Part shown: positions 31,080 to 38,976 of the stretch, one piece after another | How the letters are laid out: each line of letters opens with the position of its first letter | Numbering within the stretch: position 1 is the stretch's first letter | Assembly: GCA_965197655.1 (NCBI GenBank) | Contig: OZ240220.1 | Coordinates: 136,352 to 200,351 of the forward strand | Direction of reading: 5' to 3' | Source: Dehalococcoidia bacterium | GTDB lineage: Bacteria; Chloroflexota; Dehalococcoidia; Lucifugimonadales; UBA3495 | DNA length: 64,000 nucleotides | Notes under the pieces: model-generated | The model's input: the letters and a program-made list of their open reading frames with translations, nothing else | What the model was told of the DNA's origin: nothing | Databases searched by the model: none | Program-made: the position numbers and the translations under genes

Positions 31080-32345
31080 TTAGTCGTCGCCGGCCACCGG
31101 CTCCGGGGTCTTGACCTCGGCATCCTCGGAGATGGGCTGGCCGGTTTTGGGGTCAACCTCGAAGGGACTCTTCAGGTCCAGCTCCTTGGCCATTTCCCGG
31201 ACTGCCGGGATGACCTCCTGGCCCATCAGGCGCAGGCTGCGCATCTGGTCATCGTGGCTCATTGCCCCGTCGCCGTCCCAGAAGAAGACGCTGCCGGGTC
31301 GCAGGTATTCCAGGACGTGGCGAATCTTGGGCAGCACTGTCTTGGGCGTGCCGGAGATGATGCTGTAGTCGGCGGCCTGGTCCTCGTAGGGCCGGCGGTT
31401 GGCGCCGAAGCGGCCGGTCGGACCGAAGGAGGTCGCGGACAGCCGCCGCGAGTTGCGCGAGGTGTGTCCCGGCAGGTTCATAATCGCCGGGTTGACCTGG
31501 CCCTCATTCCCCGAGAGGAAGGGGTTGCTGACGCCGGACAGGTACTTGCGGCCCACCTCTTCAGCCTTCTCCTCGGTCTCGTCCACGTGCACCTTCCACA
31601 GGTAGGCGACGTTCTGTGTTCCCGACTTGTGGCCGAACTCGGCGGCGGTGTCGTGGTAAAGCTGGAAAGCCTCTTTGGTCGGCTCCAGCTTGGTGGCCAG
31701 CAGCACCAGCGGGTAGCCCTTCTCGGCGGTCCACTTGACCGTCTCGACGCTGACGGTGGACGGAATCCAGATGGGCGGGTGCGGCTGCTGCAAGGGCCGC
31801 GCCCAGGGGTTGACGTAGCGGTAATGGTAGTGCTTGCCCTCCCAGCGCCAGGGGCCGGGGGTGGTCCAGGCCTTGATGAGGAAGTCGTGGGCCTCCTCGA
31901 ACCGCTCCCGGTTGAAGTGAGGCGGAGCGTTGTGAGAATAACTCTCCCGTCCGCCGCCCCGGACAAAGCCGGACACCAAGCGGCCATTGGAAATCATGTC
32001 AATCATCGCCAACTGCTCGGCCAGCCAGAGGGGGTCGTCCCAGATGGGCAGGACGTTGCCCAGGATGATTATTTTGGCCTTGTTGGTGATGCGGGCCAGG
32101 ATAGAGGCGCCGACGTTGGTGACGCCCTGCATACAGAAGGGGGTGCTGTGGTGCTCGTTGAGCATCAGGGCGTCGAAGCCCATCTCCTCGGCATAGACCT
32201 TTTCATCCAGGTAACGGTTGTAAAGCTGCGACCCCACGCTGGGGTTGTAGTGCTCGTTGCTGATGCTCAGGTCGGTGGACTGAGTCCCCATCAACCCGGA
32301 ACTGTCGTCCTGCCAGGGCTGTTCGGTAAAGTGGCCGATTAGCAT
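31080..32345 (-). CDS. LLM-class (luciferase-like) flavin-dependent oxidoreductase
   Basis: 421 aa. MLNEHH, GRLVSGFVRG and typical TIM-barrel LLM motifs. Confidence 0.8.
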   Translation of the reverse strand: MLIGHFTEQPWQDDSSGLMGTQSTDLSISNEHYNPSVGSQLYNRYLDEKVYAEEMGFDALMLNEHHSTPFCMQGVTNVGASILARITNKAKIIILGNVLPIWDDPLWLAEQLAMIDMISNGRLVSGFVRGGGRESYSHNAPPHFNRERFEEAHDFLIKAWTTPGPWRWEGKHYHYRYVNPWARPLQQPHPPIWIPSTVSVETVKWTAEKGYPLVLLATKLEPTKEAFQLYHDTAAEFGHKSGTQNVAYLWKVHVDETEEKAEEVGRKYLSGVSNPFLSGNEGQVNPAIMNLPGHTSRNSRRLSATSFGPTGRFGANRRPYEDQAADYSIISGTPKTVLPKIRHVLEYLRPGSVFFWDGDGAMSHDDQMRSLRLMGQEVIPAVREMAKELDLKSPFEVDPKTGQPISEDAEVKTPEPVAGDD

Positions 32346-32612
32346 ATCAACACCTCAAGGGAAGGTAGCGTTAGGGCCGGGGGATTGCGGGCAGTTTAGC
32401 ATTGGGGGGTGGAGGTTGGCAAGGTTGGGAATTTTTATTTTCCGTACCATTTTGACCCATTTCCTATCTGCCACCGAGCGGCGGGAGAAGCGCGGGGTTG
32501 GAAAGGGTTACAGGATTATGGTAGGTGGGGGCTATGCGGGTTGGCAAGGGGTGGGTGTCTGATGAGTTATAACCTGCATATGATGCAGCAACACAGTGAC
32601 CTGTGTAGGCAA

Positions 32613-34352
32613 TTACGTATGCTCCTCCATTTCACGCATCTGGTCAATTAGAGCTGCGGTAAACGCCGCTATCTGACCTGGGGTTCCTTTATTCACTACC
32701 CGTCTAAGCGATGCACCAATGACTTTGTCATCGGCCTTATGTTTTTCAATGTGCTCCAAAGCAGCTTGGAGGTCCAACTGGAATTTTCCGAGCGAGGGTA
32801 CTTTCTCATCAAAATTATGCGGCGATGGTGAATCATATTGGACCGATTCGTCTGGCTGGGCTAGGCCACGCACATATTTGCTGAAATCGTCGGTATTAGA
32901 TACAAATTGATCTGCGGGTAAAGCTGCAACTGAATGACTGGGAAGCTCCTTGACTTGCTCAAGTTCCGCACGGCGTTTGATTAAAAGCGTTTGTCCTGTT
33001 TCCAGCGTCACCCACTGCCACATAAAGCCCCGCTGCGAAGATGGAGTAGGCTCCAATTTGGCCCTGGCGGGGCCCATGCCCAGAACGTACAGGTCGCCAA
33101 TTTCATTGCAGACCAATGCATCAGAGCGAGTTTTGGGGGCCGACCAGTGCAACAGATCAGGATATTGATGGCTAGGTGGCTTACCGCCCTGGGCAATTGC
33201 CACCAGCCGGTCAGCTTCAGACCTGAATAAGTCCGCATCTAAAACTTCAACCACCGGTTCGGAATCTGCATTTACACCTAGAATAGCACCGGCCATAGTC
33301 GCAATTGTGTCCGTGTCAGTATCGAGTTCATTGGCAGCGATACTTAGGGCACTCTCTGGTTGATCTTCGCACCAAATCAGACCTAGGGCAGCTACAGCGG
33401 TCAAAATCCCACTACCCCGCAGGCTCGGCTTTCGTATGCCCAAACAATCTGCAATGGCCTTGTAACGCTCGGCGCCGCTTTTAGATGTATCAACCTTTGC
33501 AACCCTGCTGACAGCCTGGTGGACCTCCGACACAGCTTTAGCCCAAGCTTTATCAAAGGGATCCAACTCTCTTTCAAAGATTGAGCGCCAATAAGCTTCC
33601 AACTCTACGTTTCCATGAATTAACTCAGGAAGAGTGCCAGCAACCTCTATAGCTGCTAACGAATCCTCCGGCATGGGGTAATGGCCTGTGGAAAATGTAT
33701 GTGCTAAAGACAGGGCGTGGAACACCGCTCCCATCAAGCCTGTTGGATGTGAATGGGTGCAAACCGCGTTGCGCATGACATCCAACAGGAAGGCATCCGG
33801 GTTGCCAGGATCATGTGCCGACCATACGTGAGGCTGAATCCGCATGGCAGCACCATTGCCGCCAGACTCAGCCCATCTGTTATAGTTGTTGGCAAACCAA
33901 TGGACTTTGGGTTTGGCTAGGTTCTCTGATGCGGCGGTTGTGGACTTTCCTCCACCGAGGGCGTAGCTTAACCATACTGGAAGTTCCACCTTGGAGAATG
34001 CTTCCACGTCGAAGCCGTCGGGACGAATAGCCCGGCCCGTAGCGAGACGCAACTGTGAGTCGTCCGAGTAGCAACCCCGAGGCAACGATGCAACTATACC
34101 CCCACGGCCTCCAATTCGGCGGTTCCACTGTACAGGACGGGACAAGGATTCACCGCCGGTACGTCTAAGGACTCCTTTCTCGTCGGTTAATTCGCTAATC
34201 CATCCCAGCGCATCACCGTAGGCAGCCCAAAGGGCTGACTTCCGTGTCTTGTCTCGACGGCCTATCGGTTCCATCGTATTTTCCCGTGCCGTACTGTGTT
34301 TGCCATCACCATTAGGAATGGGGTCTTCAGGAATCAACATCGGGTTAATCAT
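32613..34352 (-). CDS. ADP-ribosylglycohydrolase (ARH/DraG family) with ~200-aa C-terminal extension; candidate antitoxin/reversal enzyme
   Basis: ARH metal-site motifs AAYGDALGWISE (N-terminal) and DTDTDTIATMAGAILG (C-terminal). Start taken at ATG 34352, which forms ATGA with the upstream gene's stop. Low GC. Confidence 0.8.
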   Translation of the reverse strand: MINPMLIPEDPIPNGDGKHSTARENTMEPIGRRDKTRKSALWAAYGDALGWISELTDEKGVLRRTGGESLSRPVQWNRRIGGRGGIVASLPRGCYSDDSQLRLATGRAIRPDGFDVEAFSKVELPVWLSYALGGGKSTTAASENLAKPKVHWFANNYNRWAESGGNGAAMRIQPHVWSAHDPGNPDAFLLDVMRNAVCTHSHPTGLMGAVFHALSLAHTFSTGHYPMPEDSLAAIEVAGTLPELIHGNVELEAYWRSIFERELDPFDKAWAKAVSEVHQAVSRVAKVDTSKSGAERYKAIADCLGIRKPSLRGSGILTAVAALGLIWCEDQPESALSIAANELDTDTDTIATMAGAILGVNADSEPVVEVLDADLFRSEADRLVAIAQGGKPPSHQYPDLLHWSAPKTRSDALVCNEIGDLYVLGMGPARAKLEPTPSSQRGFMWQWVTLETGQTLLIKRRAELEQVKELPSHSVAALPADQFVSNTDDFSKYVRGLAQPDESVQYDSPSPHNFDEKVPSLGKFQLDLQAALEHIEKHKADDKVIGASLRRVVNKGTPGQIAAFTAALIDQMREMEEHT

Positions 34353-35053
34353 GGGAAAACCTCTGGTGCGCAACGAACGGGCACACTTAAATTGAGACCA
34401 GCCAGAACTCCATGAATCGAGTCAATGGTTTCCTCGAACTGCACATCTATTCGCTTCAAATACTCGCGAGACAGCTCCCCGGGATATAAGACCTCCGCCT
34501 GTCTGTCAGTTGGCCATGCGGAATACTTATCGGTGCGGTTGTGCAATACGTTACACCTGCGACGGGGATCCCATCCATACACTGAATCTGCGAACATTTG
34601 GGAGAATCCTGCTAACCCTTCTGCACGCCTGCAATTGTGGTAGATGTTGTTCGTCGTCGTGAAGACCACGCCTGGATGCTCCAGGATCTGTGGGTCGAAG
34701 CATAACACCACCCACGAATTGCCTTCACTGGAATGCCATCGCGTAGATGTGTCAAACATCCAGTCGTTGATGCGCTCGACAGAGAGATTAATGTAATCTA
34801 GCCAAACCGTATCTTTGCGGATGTTAGCATTGGGTTGGTAAACATACTCCAAGTATTCGTCCTTGGGTAGGCGGTGTCGGCTCTTCACCACCCCGGAAGC
34901 TAGCACTCCCACGGCGCCTCGGAAGGTTGTGAAGTGGACCACGCTTGTAATTCCCCGCTCCTGGGCCGCGGCTAGGACATCGGGGCAGTCAGGAAGAAGA
35001 GCAACCTCTTCTTCCGTTCTTGGATGGGCTTCAGTTGGATTTCCGGCTGGCAT
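34349..35053 (-). CDS. DarT-like (DUF4433-type) ADP-ribosyltransferase, candidate toxin/effector
   Basis: Motif pattern parallels DarT: VVHFTTFRGAVGVL (vs YHITHIDNL), DYINLSV (vs DYVPFYF), VVFTTTNN (vs FVFTDRH), TDRQAEVLYPGEL (vs KQAEFLV catalytic Glu). Start at ATG 35053 after GGAGG, 4 nt past the helicase stop. The track start at 35101 is less likely. Confidence 0.6.
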   Translation of the reverse strand: MPAGNPTEAHPRTEEEVALLPDCPDVLAAAQERGITSVVHFTTFRGAVGVLASGVVKSRHRLPKDEYLEYVYQPNANIRKDTVWLDYINLSVERINDWMFDTSTRWHSSEGNSWVVLCFDPQILEHPGVVFTTTNNIYHNCRRAEGLAGFSQMFADSVYGWDPRRRCNVLHNRTDKYSAWPTDRQAEVLYPGELSREYLKRIDVQFEETIDSIHGVLAGLNLSVPVRCAPEVFP

Positions 35054-35057
35054 CGGT

Positions 35058-36464
35058 TCAAGCCTCCACCAAATCGTATATTGCGGGGTCAAGCAAGTCA
35101 ATCAGCGTGGATTGTTCTCCGGGCTTATATCCCAGAGTAACGGTTTGGCGGGCACGTCCGATACCCATAGCTAACAAGCGGCGTAAGGAGTCCAAGGTGC
35201 CATCGCCGTCCTCGTCGCCATGGGATGTCACTTCCTGGCTTAAGCCAGGCAGAAGCACATGGTCGAATTCTAACCCCTTTGCCGAATGAATCGTAGATAG
35301 TGCTACAAGTTCCGATCCCGTTGGCCAATCGCGATTTCGAGTCATCTCGCAATAGGAAATGCCGCGCTCTTGGAGTGTCTTTCTTGCCCAACTGAACCAC
35401 TGGCCGCCTTTGGGTTGGAGAATTGCAATAGTCTCGCCAGCCTCAAGAAACGGTTGCATACGGTTCAACATATAATCGAGCTGTGCGCTGTAAATCCCAG
35501 CAACGACCTGCGGACGTTGACCGGATTGTTGACACCCATTTTCATCCGGAAGCATTCCATCTTCTTCAAGCGGCAGGTCTTGAATAAGCGAGGAAGCAAA
35601 TCGGGCTATTTCCACAGTATTTCGATGGTTCCGACCCAGATTAAAGACCATTTGCGGCCGCATTTCTATACCGATTTCCCGCCATTGAAAACCCTGAGGA
35701 TAGATTCGCTGCGCCGCATCGATGATGAAAGTCGTCACGTGATCTTCTCTCAAATGTGCCAAGATGGCGCGCACTTGATTAGCTGAAAGGTCTTGTGTCT
35801 CGTCCACCACTACGACGTCATAGCCCCGGCTTGAAGAGGCTGCCGCTGCCAGGGCCAAATCATTCCAGTCGGTCTGGCTATTCTTGGACTTCCAGGCTTC
35901 ATACGGATCGATTACTTCAGCCAAGAGGCTAGTGCGAAGCTGCTGTGTAACTGCTGGGGCTCTTCCGCGTCCGGTACGCAATGCTTGGATATACTGTTCC
36001 CGTTGGTCTGGTGTGAAGCGGCTTAAGATATACTCCACTTCGTCGATGAAGTACTCCAGATTTGCGTAAGGGACTTCAATATTCCGGAGCAACCCGCTTA
36101 TCCGCGCTCTTCTATTTTGGTCGTCAAGTATGGGTCTCTCCCCAACCAAGCCTAAAGCCCAATGCCCGAATGTATCGATAGTTAGCAGAAGGTCATCCGA
36201 AGTTTCGACCTGCTCTTTAGCAAGCTGTGTGATGTATCCCCGCAACGTCCGGTTAAAGGTGAGTACCAAAACTCGGACAGGTTCTCCAAGTCCGAGACGC
36301 GCCTTCCGAGCTAACCGAGTCGCGCATAACTGTCGGAGTCGCATTAGCGCGGTGGTGGTCTTACCACTGCCCGCTGCGCCGCGAATTAAACGGAATCCGA
36401 TTTCATCATCAGCTAAGATTGGCAGTTGCTCAGCAGTCGGAGTGATGTTCTGTAGCGTATGCAT
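35058..36464 (-). CDS. compact SF1 UvrD/Rep-like helicase
   Basis: 468 aa. Walker A GAAGSGKTT, motif II VVVDETQD, GRNHRNT, TIHSAKGLEFDHVLL, and motif VI LLAMGIGRARQ. Confidence 0.8.
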   Translation of the reverse strand: MHTLQNITPTAEQLPILADDEIGFRLIRGAAGSGKTTTALMRLRQLCATRLARKARLGLGEPVRVLVLTFNRTLRGYITQLAKEQVETSDDLLLTIDTFGHWALGLVGERPILDDQNRRARISGLLRNIEVPYANLEYFIDEVEYILSRFTPDQREQYIQALRTGRGRAPAVTQQLRTSLLAEVIDPYEAWKSKNSQTDWNDLALAAAASSSRGYDVVVVDETQDLSANQVRAILAHLREDHVTTFIIDAAQRIYPQGFQWREIGIEMRPQMVFNLGRNHRNTVEIARFASSLIQDLPLEEDGMLPDENGCQQSGQRPQVVAGIYSAQLDYMLNRMQPFLEAGETIAILQPKGGQWFSWARKTLQERGISYCEMTRNRDWPTGSELVALSTIHSAKGLEFDHVLLPGLSQEVTSHGDEDGDGTLDSLRRLLAMGIGRARQTVTLGYKPGEQSTLIDLLDPAIYDLVEA

Positions 36465-36507
36465 CTCTTTCCTTAGTTTATCCTACTTTACTAGGGACTG
36501 GCGCCCC

Positions 36508-37308
36508 CTACCCCCGCAAAAACCCCTCAACAACCTCAATAAACCGCCCCGTCTGTTCCACCTCCGGGCGGTGGCCGCAGTTGTCTATTATTTCCAGGCG
36601 GGAGTTGGGGATGGAGTCGTGGTAGAGTTGGCCGGCGCTGAGGGGGACGATGGGGTCTTCCCGGCCCCAGACCAGGAGGGTAGGCAGGCGCTTGAGGCGG
36701 GGTAGCAGGTTGGGCAGGGCCGGGTAGTGCATATAGGGACGCCAGCTCAGCCGGCAGGAACCCTCCAGCGACGTTTCCCAGTTTTCCTGCTGCTCCGGCG
36801 TGGGCTCGTCGGGGCAGATGGCCTGGAACTCCTCTACCGATGCCGGGTCCAGCAGGCAGCGGTTGATGTAAGCCTTGGCTACCACCTGGAAGATGTCGAA
36901 GATTTCGCCAGTGGGGGGCCGGACGCCGGCGGCGCCTACCAGGGCCAGCCGCTTGAACTGCTGGGGGCACATCACCGCCATTTCCGCGGCCAGCCAGCCG
37001 CCCAGGGAAAAGCCCAGCAGGTCCACGCCCTCCAGTCCCAGGTCGTCCAGCGCGCCGAGGTACCAGATGGCCAGGTCGTGCAGGTTCATCACCCAGTCCA
37101 ACTCCGCCGACTCGCCAAAGCCCGGGTGCCAGGGGATGTACAGGGTGTGGTTCTGGGCCAGGGCCTCGTGCCAGCGGAGCCAGCCGGGGTGGCCCATTTC
37201 GTCGTGCAGAATCAGCAGCGGGTCGCCGGTGCCGCCCTTGACCAGCTTAATCCGGCTGCCGGCCACCTCTACCATCTCTTCAGTCCAGGTTACGGAACTG
37301 GTAGTCAT
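36508..37308 (-). CDS. alpha/beta-fold hydrolase (MhpC/BphD-like)
   Basis: Start moved to ATG 37308 after GAAGGAG. Nucleophile elbow GFSLGG and C-terminal CGH. High GC, like the host genes. Confidence 0.8.
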   Translation of the reverse strand: MTTSSVTWTEEMVEVAGSRIKLVKGGTGDPLLILHDEMGHPGWLRWHEALAQNHTLYIPWHPGFGESAELDWVMNLHDLAIWYLGALDDLGLEGVDLLGFSLGGWLAAEMAVMCPQQFKRLALVGAAGVRPPTGEIFDIFQVVAKAYINRCLLDPASVEEFQAICPDEPTPEQQENWETSLEGSCRLSWRPYMHYPALPNLLPRLKRLPTLLVWGREDPIVPLSAGQLYHDSIPNSRLEIIDNCGHRPEVEQTGRFIEVVEGFLRG

Positions 37309-37405
37309 GAAAACTCCTTCTGACCGGCGAATTGCGCCGGCGGATAATTGCAAAAGTGTTGGGTTGCGAGGGACTAACTGATTGTCAGAGAGGGAAGGGC
37401 GGTTG

Positions 37406-38191
37406 TCAAGGTTGGGGGATGGAGGGATGGGCCGCCGGAGGGTTGCGCCAGCGATTGAACTCGGGCGGCAGGATTTCCGTAAGCTGCACGGCGGTCATTC
37501 CGTAAACGTCGTAGGTCATATATAGTTGGTTCAGAACATCGAACAGGCGGACGACTCCACCAGTTGGGCGTTGATTCTGACCGCCGGCCAGGACGCCTGA
37601 CTTCAGTTGGCGAGTATGAGGGTCGGCGTAAAGACGGTGGGCCAGGTCCACGATTCCCACTGATCGAAACATCTCGGGCGCGCCGGCCAGTCGGTCAGCA
37701 AGGTGCCCCATGGAGTTTACTGGCTCATCCAGCAGGTACCACGCCGTTTCGCCGTGCCGGGCATAAACCTCCCACGACAACATTAGCCGGTGGGCGAAGT
37801 AGCGGCGGCTGCCCCGCCCCGTTTCTTCCGGGTCGATGACGTAAGCCACGTCGGGGTTGCGGCCCAAGCGGGGGTTGCCCTGTTGATCCGAGTTTATTAC
37901 TTCCATAAAATAGAACATTCCCAACCACGACCATAGGCCGGCGTTATCGGCGATTCTTGACAGACCTAGCAGGGCTAATTGTTGGCTCAGGTACTCACCG
38001 GCTTCCCGGCGGTTGGTGAAGGGCCGCCGCTGCACGTAAACCGCCGGAGTGATGGGCCGGGCGTAGGGCGATTCATCCAATATCAAATAGGGGAATGGCG
38101 GGTTTTCACCGGCCCGCAACGCCGCTAGATACTCCCTGGCTTGGCGGATTCCCTCCTGGGTCAACTCGGCGATGCGGTGGGGTTGTTCCAT
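37406..38191 (-). CDS. hypothetical protein, third gene of the GHKL cassette
   Basis: 261 aa with no recognisable motif. Its ATG overlaps the upstream stop (TGATG at 38193-38189). Confidence 0.6.
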   Translation of the reverse strand: MEQPHRIAELTQEGIRQAREYLAALRAGENPPFPYLILDESPYARPITPAVYVQRRPFTNRREAGEYLSQQLALLGLSRIADNAGLWSWLGMFYFMEVINSDQQGNPRLGRNPDVAYVIDPEETGRGSRRYFAHRLMLSWEVYARHGETAWYLLDEPVNSMGHLADRLAGAPEMFRSVGIVDLAHRLYADPHTRQLKSGVLAGGQNQRPTGGVVRLFDVLNQLYMTYDVYGMTAVQLTEILPPEFNRWRNPPAAHPSIPQP

Positions 38192-38976
38192 CAGTTCCTC
38201 CGGGAGGCGACGAACCTGTCGCTGGCTGGGAAGCGTTCCCGAGTGAAGGCGGCGACTGCGGCCTCAATCCAATTGGACACCGACGTCCGATCCCGATTGC
38301 CGTCAACGTCGATTTCAGGGTAGTCCGCAGCGTAGAACCTGCGGGTAAACCCCATCCACCTGCCCCAAGAAGTCTGAGTGTCCGGCTCGGTAGGGTCTAT
38401 ATCTTCGACGAGCAGGGCGCGGGCGAGGATGGAGCGCAGAATCTCCGGCACCAGGGGCGCCAGAAATACGTCGTCCCGGCTGGCCAAGTTGCTGATTTCC
38501 GGGATGTTCCGGTTAACTTGCAAGGTTGGATTTGAGCCGTCGCTGTCGGGAAAATCGAGTCGCCAAACCTCCTGGCCCAAGTCTTTTTCTTCCAGCCAGA
38601 GCAGCGACTCTCGCCGGTTGGCGCGGGTGGGGTAAATCTGGTCAGCCAGAGCCAACAGCTTGCCGGAACCGTCCGGAGCCAGTGCCGTCAACCGAAAGTG
38701 TGGATTGACCGGGACATCCACCAACCGGCGGTCCTCCGGCGGGGTCGGGGCACCAGCAGTTCCCCAAGGGAAACGCATGGCGATGCGGTCACGCTGGGCG
38801 ATAATAACTAACGGGGCATCCGGTGGCAGGTCCACCTCCGACAAGTCCAATTCGACAGTGAAGGTTGGCGTGCCGCCGTCTTGCGGTTCCTGCAACTCAA
38901 TGGACACTCGCTGAAGTTCTATACGGCGGCGTCCAGTGTAATTAAACCTGCGTACCGGCATCGTCCCCCTCTGCAT
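38191..38976 (-). CDS. hypothetical protein, second gene of the GHKL cassette
   Basis: 261 aa from ATG 38976, or 256 aa from ATG 38961. No recognisable motif. Overlaps the 3' end of the ATPase gene by 20-35 nt. Confidence 0.6.
   Translation of the reverse strand: MQRGTMPVRRFNYTGRRRIELQRVSIELQEPQDGGTPTFTVELDLSEVDLPPDAPLVIIAQRDRIAMRFPWGTAGAPTPPEDRRLVDVPVNPHFRLTALAPDGSGKLLALADQIYPTRANRRESLLWLEEKDLGQEVWRLDFPDSDGSNPTLQVNRNIPEISNLASRDDVFLAPLVPEILRSILARALLVEDIDPTEPDTQTSWGRWMGFTRRFYAADYPEIDVDGNRDRTSVSNWIEAAVAAFTRERFPASDRFVASRRN

Noticed and set aside
32414-37416. 16-nt near-identical motifs (GGTTGGCAAGGTTGGG / GGTTGTCAAGGTTGGG) as att-like island borders.
   Set aside because: They are too short and G-rich to exclude chance. 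A third similar string, GGTTGGCAAGGGGTGGG, occurs at ~32540, and no integrase is present. Mentioned only as context in a finding.
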